DNA of 64,000 nucleotides, from IMG/VR virus record IMGVR_UViG_2541047759_000001. The stretch is one strand, 5' to 3'. Positions 19,924 to 29,709 of the stretch are shown in pieces. Position 1 is the first letter of the stretch. Every line of letters starts with the position of its first letter. Position numbers and translations under genes: made by a program. The notes beneath the pieces were generated by a model that saw only the letters and a list, made by a program, of their open reading frames with translations, was not told the DNA's origin and did not search any database. Origin of the DNA: a virus (lineage: Duplodnaviria > Heunggongvirae > Uroviricota > Caudoviricetes).

Positions 19924-20055
19924 ATGTCAGACAAACTCATAACGCTGGCGAAGATCCTCTGTGTAATTGTCGGCATTTCATTTTCACTAATGCTGGTTGC
20001 TCTTTTTCTTTCCATGGCCTGGATGATGTTGTCTTCGTCGGGGTTGCTGGGGTGA
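19924..20055 (+). CDS. Small membrane peptide (43 aa), between endolysin and Rz
   Basis: GGGAGG RBS before ATG at 19924; single TM '[26 protein letters not shown]'. Confidence 0.5.
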   Translation: MSDKLITLAKILCVIVGISFSLMLVALFLSMAWMMLSSSGLLG

Positions 20056-20525
20056 ACATAAACCGAATGCTTTCCGCGTTTATCGTTATTCTGCTGGTGG
20101 CCTGTGGTGCGCTGTGGATGGCAACAGACCATTACCGTGATAACGCGATTACCTACAAAGCGCAGCGCGATAACAAAGCCAGTGAACTGAAGCTGGCGAA
20201 CGCAACCATTACTGATATGCAGGTGCGCCAGCGCGATGTTGCTGCGCTCGATGCAAAATACTCGAGGGAATTAGCCGATGCGAGAGCTGAAAATGAAACT
20301 CTTCGCGCTGACGTTGCCGCTGGTCGTAAGCGCCTGCGGATCAACGCCACCTGTCCAGGCTCCGTGCGTGAAGCCCCCACCACCTCCGGCGTGGATAATG
20401 CAACCGGCCCCCAACTGGCAGACACCGTTACACGGGATTATTTCACCCTCAGAGAGCGGCTGATGACGATGCACAAGCAACTGGAAGGGGCACAGGACTA
20501 TATCCGCACTCAGTGCCTGAAATAA
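20052..20525 (+). CDS. Rz: Rz i-spanin (start may be the ATG at 20067)
   Basis: N-terminal TM then '[14 protein letters not shown]...[25 protein letters not shown]' matching lambda Rz. Confidence 0.85.
   Translation: MNINRMLSAFIVILLVACGALWMATDHYRDNAITYKAQRDNKASELKLANATITDMQVRQRDVAALDAKYSRELADARAENETLRADVAAGRKRLRINATCPGSVREAPTTSGVDNATGPQLADTVTRDYFTLRERLMTMHKQLEGAQDYIRTQCLK
20278..20463 (+). CDS. Rz1: Rz1 o-spanin lipoprotein, embedded in Rz in the +1 frame
   Basis: Lipobox 'LVVSAC', proline-rich '[22 protein letters not shown]' as in lambda Rz1. Confidence 0.8.
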   Translation: MRELKMKLFALTLPLVVSACGSTPPVQAPCVKPPPPPAWIMQPAPNWQTPLHGIISPSESG

Positions 20526-20835
20526 GTTTTGTTGATGCGCCGTATCGTCGCTATATTCCCTCATTAACAGAGACCGCAGCCCGACAGGGAGACTCCTCTG
20601 CGCGAGTGTGCGGGGATAATTAAAAACGATGCACACCGGGTTTTTACCGCGTTAATGATTCGCGGGTTTATCCCGGTGCGATGGTGGAAGAAACAGGAAG
20701 CTGTATTACAGAAAGTGCTACTACTGTATCCCGATGCGATGTATGTAATGTGAGTCAGATAATGGCACAGGATGTGGTGATGTGGCAGTCTGGAACACAG
20801 GATATATTGTCAGAATAAGACCCGTAGGAATAAAA

Positions 20836-21162
20836 ATGAAAAGACGCCTTTTACTACTTTTTCTGTTATCTGTCCTGGCAGTGGGATGCTCGCAGCAAAA
20901 AGCTGATGAGCCCCGGCAATTAGTGACGGTGTATCCACGATATCCGGAATATGCTGCAGCAAATTATATCAAGGGGCTGGTTGAGGTTAAGTTCGATATT
21001 GGTGCTGATGGGACTGTGACACGGATCGTTTTTCTCCGCTCAGAGCCTCATAATTTGTTTCGTGATGAAGTGGTGAAGGCCATGGCGAAATGGCGATTTG
21101 AAAAGAATCGCCCCTGTCAGGGAGTGAAGAGACAATTTATCTTTACGCCGTCACGTCCTTGA
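20836..21162 (+). CDS. Lipoprotein moron downstream of the lysis cassette
   Basis: Signal peptide with lipobox 'LAVGCSQ'; 108 aa. Confidence 0.6.
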   Translation: MKRRLLLLFLLSVLAVGCSQQKADEPRQLVTVYPRYPEYAAANYIKGLVEVKFDIGADGTVTRIVFLRSEPHNLFRDEVVKAMAKWRFEKNRPCQGVKRQFIFTPSRP

Positions 21163-21284
21163 TGCTTCCAGGTAGAGAGGGGCTGGACGCAGGAGAAAAA
21201 TGAAAGAGCCAGCGGTTATATTTTTGTCATGGCTGACGAGGAATGATGGAAGAAGGCGTTGTATGCCACACAACGCCTCACTGT

Positions 21285-21464
21285 TCATTTCTTCTTTTTC
21301 TCTGGTGGAACCCGATGAATAAGAGTTGCACTGGTTTCCGATGAGATGGCGATATACTCGGGCAAAGTATGCTGGCAGTTTTCCAACTGGTCAAAAATAC
21401 CTGCTCTCGTCTGTTGCAATGCCTGCAGCATGCGGCGGCAATGCGCCTTGCTTTTACTAACCAT
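21285..21464 (-). CDS. Small hypothetical protein
   Basis: GAGGAAGGA RBS directly upstream of ATG at 21464; 59 aa. Confidence 0.4.
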   Translation of the reverse strand: MVSKSKAHCRRMLQALQQTRAGIFDQLENCQHTLPEYIAISSETSATLIHRVPPEKKKK

Positions 21465-21525
21465 CTTTCCTTCCTCTATCAGTCGCTGCGTGAACTCATC
21501 ATGTAATACCAGGTAAATGCGGATG

Positions 21526-21780
21526 TTATCGGTTTTGGCTACGCAGCATAGTACAAAACGGACAGGTGCATCCCGGGACGGGGGAGGCGTCACATGTCCC
21601 TGTGATGGTTGTTCCGGGTAATGCACTGTGTGGGGCATAAAAATGTCCGATAATTTTACTTTCTACCGCAGTTAGTTGATTCGTTGGTCCTGGTAGCACA
21701 TTGGGCGAGGATTTAAATGCCAGGCAACTGAAGGATGATGTTGCAAGGGAGATAGCGAGAATATTTCTGATTTTCATTTG
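21526..21780 (-). CDS. Small secreted hypothetical protein
   Basis: N-terminal signal peptide 'MKIRNILAISLATSSFSCLA'; Cys-rich C-terminus. Confidence 0.4.
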   Translation of the reverse strand, partial: QMKIRNILAISLATSSFSCLAFKSSPNVLPGPTNQLTAVESKIIGHFYAPHSALPGTTITGTCDASPVPGCTCPFCTMLRSQNR

Positions 21781-21925
21781 ATGATGCCTCTGTGTGAAAT
21801 GACGGTAAACGACGCACTTGTGCCGGCACATAATAGCAAGCACCATAATAGATCAGATTCGATTCTTGCTGTAAGTGATAATTATTCTCGTTTTCGGGTC
21901 CTTTCCGTCGATCCAACAGGTTACG

Positions 21926-21937
21926 GGGCGGCGACCT
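21926..21937 (+). other. Lambda-type cosN (GGGCGGCGACCT) with flanking cosQ-like and cosB-like sequence
   Basis: Sequence 'CAGGTTACGGGGCGGCGACCTCGCGGGTTTTCGCTATTTATGAAAATTTTCCGG' matches the lambda cohesive-end region as I recall it; lies upstream of nu1. Confidence 0.85.
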
Positions 21938-22120
21938 CGCGGGTTTTCGCTATTTATGAAAATTTTCCGGGAACCATGTCCGGTTTCTCTTCAAGTTAAC
22001 TATATGAAAAATAAAAAAAGAGGTCTTCTGTGAACCGGGCATGCACAAAAAATAGACATGTAAGCCGGACATGACCGGTTTTGTTGTGATTGTGAAGTGA
22101 GAGTTTTTGCGAGGTGAGGA

Positions 22121-22630
22121 GTGGCTACGCAGACTGAAGTTGCCAGGCATTTAAGTCTGACCGATCGCCAGCTTCGCAGATTGCAGAAATTGCCGGGTGC
22201 CCCGATATCGAATAAGCGAGGGCAACTGGATCTGGATGCCTGGCGCGATTTTTACATATCGTATCTGAGAAGAAGTAAAAACGATGTGCCTGATGGCGAT
22301 AGCGAAGACGACTATGAGGAGAAATTGCTTATTGCCAGATGGGAACTGACAGCAGAACAGGCTGTTACACAGCAGTTAAAAAATGAGGTGTCAAAAGGAA
22401 AACTTATTGATACCGGGTTCTGTATTTTTGCTCTCAGCAAGCTGGCAATGGCGTTATCCAGTACGCTTGATTCCATCCCTTTATCCATGCAGCGACAGTT
22501 TCCTGATTTAACACCGCGCCATCTTGACCATCTGAAAACCCTTATTGCGAAGGGGGCAAATCAGTGTGCGCGGGCGGGGGATAAATTACCGGATTTACTC
22601 GATGAATATATCAGAGCAACAACTGAATAA
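22121..22630 (+). CDS. nu1: Terminase small subunit, Nu1-like
   Basis: N-terminal HTH and 'FCIFALSKLAMALSSTLDSIPLSMQRQFPDL' resemble lambda Nu1; GTG start with GAGGTGAGGA RBS. Confidence 0.8.
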   Translation: MATQTEVARHLSLTDRQLRRLQKLPGAPISNKRGQLDLDAWRDFYISYLRRSKNDVPDGDSEDDYEEKLLIARWELTAEQAVTQQLKNEVSKGKLIDTGFCIFALSKLAMALSSTLDSIPLSMQRQFPDLTPRHLDHLKTLIAKGANQCARAGDKLPDLLDEYIRATTE

Positions 22631-24530
22631 TATGATGAGTGCTGTCACAACAGCATTACAGCCCCTGATAAGGGCATTGCCGGTGACGCCAGTTGAATGG
22701 GCTGATCAAAATTATTATCTGCCTAAAGAATCTTCATATGGTGAGGGAGAATGGAAAACGCTGCCGTTCCAGATCGCCATCATGAACAGCATGGGGAATG
22801 ATCAGATCCGGACTGTTAATCTGATTAAATCTGCCCGTGTTGGCTATACAAAGATGTTGCTGGGGGTGGTCGGGTATTTTATTGAGCATAAATCCCGAAA
22901 CAGTCTGCTTTTTCAGCCCACGGATTCTGCCGCTGAAGATTTTATGAAGTCTCACGTGGAGGCGACGATTCGGGATGTTCCCTGCCTGAAAAAACTTTCT
23001 CCATGGCTGGGGCGTAAACATCGTGACAATACTCTCACGCTGAAACGCTTTTCATCGGGTGTGGGCTTCTGGTGCCTGGGCGGCGCTGCCGCCAAAAACT
23101 ACCGTGAAAAATCCGTGGACGTGGTCTGCTATGACGAACTTTCCTCGTTCGAACCGGATGTCGAAAAAGAGGGTTCGCCAACCCTGCTTGGGGATAAACG
23201 TATTGAGGGCTCTGTATGGCCCAAATCCATTCGCGGCTCGACGCCTAAAATCAAAGGCACCTGCCAGATCGAAAAAGCGGCCAACGAGTCGGCGCATTTC
23301 ATGCGTTTTTATGTGCCCTGCCCACACTGTGGGGAGGAGCAGTATCTGAAATTTGGCGATGAATCCACGCCTTTTGGCCTTAAATGGGAGAAGGACAGCC
23401 CCGAAAGCGTTTTCTACCTCTGTGAACATCATGGCTGCGTGATCCATCAGTCTGAGCTTGACCAGAGCAACGGGCGGTGGATCTGTGAAAACACGGGGAT
23501 GTGGACCCGTGACGGTCTGACGTTTTTCAGCGCCGCGGATAATGAAATTCCGCCGCCGCGCTCCATCACGTTCCATATCTGGACAGCGTACAGTCCATTC
23601 ACCACCTGGGTACAGATAGTCTATGACTGGCTGGATGCACTGAAAGATCCCAACGGCCTGAAAACCTTTGTGAACACCACGCTGGGCGAGACCTGGGAAG
23701 AGGCCGTGGGCGAAAAACTCGATCACCAGGTACTGATGGATAAGGTCGTGCATTACACGGCGGCGGTGCCTGCCCGGGTGGTTTATCTGACGGCGGGCAT
23801 TGACTCGCAGCGAAACCGTTTTGAGATGTATGTCTGGGGATGGGCACCGGGAGAGGAAGCTTTTCTGGTGGATAAAATCATCATTATGGGGCGTCCTGAT
23901 GAGGAAGAGACGCTGTTACGTGTGGATGCGGCGATCAACAAAAAATACCGCCATGCGGATGGCACCGAAATGACCATTTCCCGTGTCTGCTGGGACACCG
24001 GGGGGATCGATGGTGAAATCGTCTACCAGAGGTCAAAAAAACACGGTGTTTTCCGTGTGCTGCCGGTAAAAGGCGCGTCTGTCTATGGCAAGCCGGTGAT
24101 CACCATGCCGAAAACCCGCAATCAGCGGGGCGTTTATCTGTGTGAAGTGGGGACGGACACCGCAAAAGAAATTCTCTATGCCCGTATGAAAGCCGAGCCC
24201 ACGCCTGCGGATGAAGCCACGTCGTATGCCATCCGTTTTCCTGATGATCCGGAGATTTTTTCGCAGACAGAGGCGCAGCAACTGGTCGCGGAAGAGCTTG
24301 TGGAGAAGTGGGAAAAAGGAAAGATGCGTCTGCTGTGGGATAACAAAAAGCGGCGTAACGAAGCGCTGGACTGCCTGGTGTATGCCTACGCGGCATTACG
24401 TGTGTCCGTGCAACGCTGGCAGCTTGATCTGGCTGTACTGGCAAAATCCCGGGAAGAAGAGACGACCCGGCCAACCCTTAAAGAACTGGCAGCGAAGCTG
24501 TCCGGAGGAGTGAATGGTTACAGTCGCTGA
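22602..24530 (+). CDS. A: Terminase large subunit, lambda A-like
   Basis: Extensive similarity to lambda gpA, e.g. 'WADQNYYLPKESSYGEGEWKTLPFQ', 'FMRFYVPCPHCGEEQYLKFGDE'. Confidence 0.9.
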   Translation: MNISEQQLNNMMSAVTTALQPLIRALPVTPVEWADQNYYLPKESSYGEGEWKTLPFQIAIMNSMGNDQIRTVNLIKSARVGYTKMLLGVVGYFIEHKSRNSLLFQPTDSAAEDFMKSHVEATIRDVPCLKKLSPWLGRKHRDNTLTLKRFSSGVGFWCLGGAAAKNYREKSVDVVCYDELSSFEPDVEKEGSPTLLGDKRIEGSVWPKSIRGSTPKIKGTCQIEKAANESAHFMRFYVPCPHCGEEQYLKFGDESTPFGLKWEKDSPESVFYLCEHHGCVIHQSELDQSNGRWICENTGMWTRDGLTFFSAADNEIPPPRSITFHIWTAYSPFTTWVQIVYDWLDALKDPNGLKTFVNTTLGETWEEAVGEKLDHQVLMDKVVHYTAAVPARVVYLTAGIDSQRNRFEMYVWGWAPGEEAFLVDKIIIMGRPDEEETLLRVDAAINKKYRHADGTEMTISRVCWDTGGIDGEIVYQRSKKHGVFRVLPVKGASVYGKPVITMPKTRNQRGVYLCEVGTDTAKEILYARMKAEPTPADEATSYAIRFPDDPEIFSQTEAQQLVAEELVEKWEKGKMRLLWDNKKRRNEALDCLVYAYAALRVSVQRWQLDLAVLAKSREEETTRPTLKELAAKLSGGVNGYSR

Positions 24531-24720
24531 ACTGCAGGCGCTGCGTCAGGCGCGCCTTGATTTATTAACCGGTAAACGGGTGGTGTCTGTCCAGAAAGAT
24601 GGACGAAGAATTGAATATACGGCGGCCTCTCTGGATGAGCTTAACCGGGCGATCAATGATGCGGAGTTGGTACTGGGGACAACCCGCCGTCGCCGTCGTC
24701 CGCTGGGAGTGAGGTTATGA
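24514..24720 (+). CDS. W: Head-tail joining protein W
   Basis: 68 aa; 'LTGKRVVSVQKDGRRIEYTAASL' matches lambda gpW. Confidence 0.8.
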   Translation: MVTVAELQALRQARLDLLTGKRVVSVQKDGRRIEYTAASLDELNRAINDAELVLGTTRRRRRPLGVRL

Positions 24721-26309
24721 AACGAACGCCTGTCCTGATTGATGTGAACGGCGTTCCGCTTCGTGAGAGTCTCAGCTACAACGGGGGCGGCGCAGGATTT
24801 GGCGGGCAAATGGCGGAGTGGTTGCCACCGGCGCAGAGTGCCGATGCAGCCCTGCTGCCTGCGTTGCGTCTGGGGAATGCCCGGGCAGATGATCTGGTGC
24901 GCAATAACGGGATAGCGGCTAATGCGGTGGCCCTGCATAAGGATCATATTGTCGGGCATATGTTTCTGATCAGCTACCGTCCGAACTGGCGCTGGCTGGG
25001 GATGCGGGAGACTGCGGCAAAAAGTTTTGTCGATGAGGTGGAGGCGGCCTGGTCGGAATACGCCGAAGGGATGTTTGGCGAGATCGACGTGGAAGGGAAA
25101 CGCACGTTTACGGAATTTATCCGTGAAGGTGTGGGCGTTCATGCGTTTAACGGCGAAATCTTTGTGCAGCCGGTCTGGGATACGGAAACCACGCAGTTAT
25201 TCCGTACGCGTTTTAAAGCCGTGAGTCCGAAACGGGTGGACACGCCAGGACACGGTATGGGGAACCGTTTTCTGCGGGCCGGTGTGGAGGTCGATCGATA
25301 TGGTCGTGCCGTTGCGTACCATATCTGTGAGGATGATTTTCCGTTCTCTGGTAGTGGACGATGGGAACGGATCCCGCGTGAACTTCCCACCGGGCGTCCG
25401 GCCATGCTGCATATTTTCGAGCCGGTGGAGGACGGGCAGACCCGTGGGGCTAATCAGTTTTACAGCGTCATGGAACGGCTGAAGATGCTCGATTCCCTGC
25501 AGGCAACACAGCTTCAGTCGGCCATAGTGAAGGCGATGTATGCAGCGACGATTGAAAGTGAACTTGATACCGAAAAGGCCTTTGAATATATCGCCGGCGC
25601 GCCACAGGAGCAGAAGGATAATCCGCTTATTAATATTCTGGAGAAGTTCTCCAGCTGGTATGACACGAATAACGTGACACTGGGCGGTGTCAAAATTCCG
25701 CACCTTTTCCCTGGTGATGATCTGAAACTACAGACAGCGCAGGATTCAGACAATGGATTTTCTGCGCTTGAACAGGCGCTGCTGCGGTATATCGCCGCCG
25801 GTCTTGGCGTTTCCTACGAACAGTTGTCCCGTGATTACTCGAAGGTCAGTTACTCAAGTGCCCGCGCCTCCGCCAATGAGTCGTGGCGCTATTTTATGGG
25901 GCGGCGAAAATTTATTGCGTCCCGGCTGGCCACGCAGATGTTTTCCTGCTGGCTGGAAGAGGCACTTCTTCGGGGGATTATTCGTCCGCCACGGGCACGT
26001 TTTGATTTTTATCAGGCGCGATCAGCCTGGTCACGGGCTGAGTGGATTGGAGCCGGAAGAATGGCCATTGACGGGCTCAAGGAGGTTCAGGAATCAGTGA
26101 TGCGCATTGAGGCCGGACTGAGCACGTATGAGAAAGAGCTGGCGCTGATGGGCGAGGATTATCAGGACATTTTCCGCCAGCAGGTCAGGGAATCTGCAGA
26201 GCGGGAAAAAGCCGGACTCTCACGTCCGGTGTGGATAGCGCAGGCGTATCAGCAGCAGATAGCGGAGAGTCGCAGGCCGGAAGAGGAGACAACACCACGT
26301 GAGACGTAA
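24717..26309 (+). CDS. B: Portal protein, lambda B-like
   Basis: 530-aa ORF in the lambda B position between W and C. Confidence 0.85.
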   Translation: MKRTPVLIDVNGVPLRESLSYNGGGAGFGGQMAEWLPPAQSADAALLPALRLGNARADDLVRNNGIAANAVALHKDHIVGHMFLISYRPNWRWLGMRETAAKSFVDEVEAAWSEYAEGMFGEIDVEGKRTFTEFIREGVGVHAFNGEIFVQPVWDTETTQLFRTRFKAVSPKRVDTPGHGMGNRFLRAGVEVDRYGRAVAYHICEDDFPFSGSGRWERIPRELPTGRPAMLHIFEPVEDGQTRGANQFYSVMERLKMLDSLQATQLQSAIVKAMYAATIESELDTEKAFEYIAGAPQEQKDNPLINILEKFSSWYDTNNVTLGGVKIPHLFPGDDLKLQTAQDSDNGFSALEQALLRYIAAGLGVSYEQLSRDYSKVSYSSARASANESWRYFMGRRKFIASRLATQMFSCWLEEALLRGIIRPPRARFDFYQARSAWSRAEWIGAGRMAIDGLKEVQESVMRIEAGLSTYEKELALMGEDYQDIFRQQVRESAEREKAGLSRPVWIAQAYQQQIAESRRPEEETTPRET

Positions 26310-27804
26310 TCTTTCACACATTATTGCAGCAGCATTCAATGAACCGCTGCTTCTGGAGCCCGCCTATGCGCGGGTTTTCTTTTGCGCGCTCGGGCGCGAG
26401 ATGGGGGCAGCAAGTCTTTCGGTACCACAACAGCAGGTACAGCTTGATGCACCCGGAATGCTGGCTGAAACGGACGAGTACATGGCCGGAGGTAAACGAC
26501 CGGCCCGTGTTTACCGGGTGGTGAACGGTATTGCGGTACTGCCGGTGACCGGCACGCTGGTGCACCGGCTGGGGGGGATGCGGCCATTTTCCGGAATGAC
26601 TGGCTATGACGGCATTGTCGCCTGTCTTCAGCAGGCAATGGCAGATAGCCAGGTGCGGGGCATACTGCTGGACATTGACAGTCCGGGCGGGCAGGCCGCC
26701 GGCGCGTTTGACTGCGCTGACATGATTTACCGCCTCCGGCAGCAGAAGCCGGTCTGGGCACTGTGTAATGACACGGCCTGTTCTGCAGCCATGCTGCTGG
26801 CGTCGGCCTGCTCCCGACGGCTGGTTACCCAGACATCCCGTATCGGCTCCATTGGCGTGATGATGAGCCATGTCAGCTATGCCGGTCATCTGGCGCAGGC
26901 CGGTGTGGATATCACGCTGATTTATGCCGGGGCGCACAAGGTGGATGGCAATCAGTTTGAAGCGTTGCCGGCAGAGGTTCGCCAGGACATGCAGCAGCGG
27001 ATTGATGCGGCGCGCCGGATGTTTGCCGAAAAAGTGGCGATGTATACCGGTCTGTCTGTTGATGCCGTCACGGGAACAGAGGCTGCCGTTTTTGAAGGTC
27101 AGTCCGGCATTGAGGCCGGGCTGGCGGATGAATTAATCAATGCGTCGGATGCCATCAGTGTGATGGCCACGGCGCTGAACAGTAATGTCAGAGGAGGCAC
27201 TATGCCGCAATTAACTGCAACGGAAGCCGCCGTGCAGGAGAACCAGCGAGTGATGGGGATCCTGACATGCCAGGAAGCGAAAGGACGTGAACAGCTTGCC
27301 ACGATGCTGGCAGGGCAACAGGGCATGAGCGTTGAACAGGCCCGGGCGATTCTGGCCGCGGCGGCACCGCAGCAGCCGGTGGCATCCGCACAGAGTGAAG
27401 CCGATCGCATTATGGCGTGTGAAGAAGCGAACGGTCGTGAACAACTGGCAGCAACGCTGGCGGCGATGCCGGAGATGACGGTGGAAAAAGCCCGCCCGAT
27501 CCTGGCTGCTTCACCGCAGGCGAATGCCGGGCCCTCACTTCGTGATCAGATCATGGCACTGGATGAGGCAAAAGGGGCTGAGGCGCAGGCTGAACAGCTG
27601 GCTGCCTGCCCGGGAATGACTGTGGAGAGCGCCCGGGCTGTGCTGGCTGCGGGATCAGGTAAGGCAGAACCGGTCTCTGCATCCACAACCGCCCTGTTTG
27701 AACATTTCATGGCGAACCATTCACCGGCTGCGGTCCAGGGGGGCGTGTCACAGGCGTCAGAAGACGGTGATGCGGACGTGAAAATGCTCATGGCCATGCC
27801 ATGA
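26299..27804 (+). CDS. C: Head maturation protease/scaffold, lambda C-like, with three tandem repeats in the C-terminal domain
   Basis: S49-type protease core 'VLPVTGTLVHRLGG...DSPGG'; three roughly 40-aa repeats of 'IMAxxEAKGxEQLAxxLAxxxGMxVEQARAILAA'. Confidence 0.8.
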   Translation: MRRNLSHIIAAAFNEPLLLEPAYARVFFCALGREMGAASLSVPQQQVQLDAPGMLAETDEYMAGGKRPARVYRVVNGIAVLPVTGTLVHRLGGMRPFSGMTGYDGIVACLQQAMADSQVRGILLDIDSPGGQAAGAFDCADMIYRLRQQKPVWALCNDTACSAAMLLASACSRRLVTQTSRIGSIGVMMSHVSYAGHLAQAGVDITLIYAGAHKVDGNQFEALPAEVRQDMQQRIDAARRMFAEKVAMYTGLSVDAVTGTEAAVFEGQSGIEAGLADELINASDAISVMATALNSNVRGGTMPQLTATEAAVQENQRVMGILTCQEAKGREQLATMLAGQQGMSVEQARAILAAAAPQQPVASAQSEADRIMACEEANGREQLAATLAAMPEMTVEKARPILAASPQANAGPSLRDQIMALDEAKGAEAQAEQLAACPGMTVESARAVLAAGSGKAEPVSASTTALFEHFMANHSPAAVQGGVSQASEDGDADVKMLMAMP

Positions 27805-27840
27805 AGTCAGTGCTGAACATCAATACGAGGTTTTAACAAT

Positions 27841-28188
27841 ATGGTGACGAAAACCATCACTGAACAGCGTGCGGAAGTACGTATTTTTGCCGGTAATGAT
27901 CCGGCTCACACCGCCACAGGCAGCAGCGGGATTTCCTCGGCAACACCGGCACTGACACCCCTGATGCTGGATGGGGCCACCGGGAAACTGGTGGTCTGGG
28001 ACGGACAGAAAGCCGGTAGTGCGGTTGGCATACTGGTACTGCCGCTTGAAGGCACAGAGGCGGTGCTGACGTATTACAAGTCGGGGACCTTTGCGACGGA
28101 GGCAATCCGCTGGCCTGAAAGTGTGGATGAACACAAAAAGGCCAACGCCTTTACCGGCAGTGCCCTGAGTCACGCGGCGCTGCCGTAA
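27841..28188 (+). CDS. D: Head decoration protein, lambda D-like
   Basis: 'GNDPAHTATGSSGISSATPALTPLMLD...KLVVWDG' matches lambda gpD. Confidence 0.85.
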   Translation: MVTKTITEQRAEVRIFAGNDPAHTATGSSGISSATPALTPLMLDGATGKLVVWDGQKAGSAVGILVLPLEGTEAVLTYYKSGTFATEAIRWPESVDEHKKANAFTGSALSHAALP

Positions 28189-28245
28189 CACGTTATCAGG
28201 CCACCGCGTTGGCCTGACTGATTTCTTAATGAAAGGAACTGATTT

Positions 28246-29274
28246 ATGGGATTGTTTACGACCCGCCAGTTACTCGGTTATACCGAACAAAAAGTTAAAT
28301 TCCGTGCGCTGTTTCTGGAGCTGTTTTTCCGCCGCACGGTGAATTTCCACACCGAAGAGGTGATGCTGGACAAAATTACCGGAAAAACGCCGGTGGCGGC
28401 CTATGTCTCCCCGATCGTTGAAGGAAAAGTGCTTCGCCATCGCGGTGGTGAAACCCGCGTGTTACGTCCGGGCTACGTCAAGCCCAAACACGAATTTAAT
28501 TACCAGCAGGCGGTTGAGCTCCTTCCTGGTGAAGATCCGGCTCAGCTGAACGACCCGGCCTACCGTCGTCTGCGTATCATTACCGATAACCTCAAACAGG
28601 AAGAGCACGCCATTGTCCAGGTGGAAGAAATGCAGGCGGTGAATGCCGTGCTGTATGGCAAATACACCATGGAAGGGGATCAGTTTGATACTGTCGAGGT
28701 GGATTTCGGGCGCTCTGAAGGAAATAACATTGAGCAGGCTGACGGTAAAAAATGGTCTGAGCAGGACCGTGATACGTTTGATCCGACGCATGATATTGAC
28801 CTCTACTGCGATCAGGCCAGCGGCCTTGTGAATATCGCCATTATGGACGGTACGGTCTGGCGTCTGCTGAATGGCTTTAAGCTGTTCCGCGAAAAACTGG
28901 ATACCCGTCGCGGCTCAAATTCACAACTCGAAACGGCAGTGAAAGACCTGGGGGCGGTGGTGTCCTTCAAGGGGTATTACGGCGATCTGGCCATTGTGGT
29001 GGCGAAAACGTCTTATGTGGCAGAGGACGGTACCGAAAAACGTTATCTGCCGGAGGGCACACTGGTCCTGGGGAATACGGCAGCAGAGGGCATTCGTTGC
29101 TATGGTGCCATTCAGGATGCGCAGGCGTTGTCCGAAGGTGTGGTGGCCTCTTCCCGTTATCCGAAACACTGGCTGACTGTGGGCGATCCGGCCCGTGAAT
29201 TCACCATGACGCAGTCCGCACCGCTGATGGTGCTGCCGGATCCGGATGAGTTTGTGGTGGTACAGGTGAAATAA
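28246..29274 (+). CDS. E: Major capsid protein, lambda E-like
   Basis: Strong similarity to lambda gpE across the length, e.g. 'YVSPIVEGKVLRHRGGETRVLRPGYVKPKHE', 'DPAREFTMTQSAPLMVLPDPDEFV'. Confidence 0.9.
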   Translation: MGLFTTRQLLGYTEQKVKFRALFLELFFRRTVNFHTEEVMLDKITGKTPVAAYVSPIVEGKVLRHRGGETRVLRPGYVKPKHEFNYQQAVELLPGEDPAQLNDPAYRRLRIITDNLKQEEHAIVQVEEMQAVNAVLYGKYTMEGDQFDTVEVDFGRSEGNNIEQADGKKWSEQDRDTFDPTHDIDLYCDQASGLVNIAIMDGTVWRLLNGFKLFREKLDTRRGSNSQLETAVKDLGAVVSFKGYYGDLAIVVAKTSYVAEDGTEKRYLPEGTLVLGNTAAEGIRCYGAIQDAQALSEGVVASSRYPKHWLTVGDPAREFTMTQSAPLMVLPDPDEFVVVQVK

Positions 29275-29325
29275 TCCGTGAGCGGGGGCGAAATGCCCCC
29301 GTGTCTTTTTTCACAGGAGGCTGAG

Positions 29326-29709
29326 ATGGCAACAAAAGAAGAAAATCTGAATCGTCTTCGTCAACTGGCTGGCCTGCTGGGGCGCGAGGCGGATATGTCG
29401 GGGAGTGCTGCGGATATTGCTCAACGTGTGTCTGAGTGGGAAGAGGAGCTTGCTGTTTCCCCGGAGGGCATTATGCACTCTGATGAGAGCGGGGCTGATC
29501 AAAATCACACAGACGATGGTGAGCAGTTGAACAACACGGATGCTCCGGATGATGTTAAAGCCGTCCGGGGACGGAAGTGCCTGCAAGTAATGGGGTATTG
29601 CCCGGAGACAGGTCGTCCCGTTGAGCTGGCGTTACGGGGTATGCGTGTTCTGGTGCCATCATCACTGGCAACGGCCATGATACAGCACGGAACGGCTGAA
29701 TATGCGTGA
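29326..29709 (+). CDS. FI: DNA packaging protein FI-like
   Basis: AGGAGG RBS; position between E and FII; acidic middle region. Confidence 0.65.
   Translation: MATKEENLNRLRQLAGLLGREADMSGSAADIAQRVSEWEEELAVSPEGIMHSDESGADQNHTDDGEQLNNTDAPDDVKAVRGRKCLQVMGYCPETGRPVELALRGMRVLVPSSLATAMIQHGTAEYA

Noticed and set aside
21526-21846. Full-length 106-aa and 117-aa minus-strand ORFs that overlap by more than 100 bp
   Set aside because: The long versions overlap each other out of frame. I kept only the shorter RBS- or signal-peptide-supported versions, both at low confidence.
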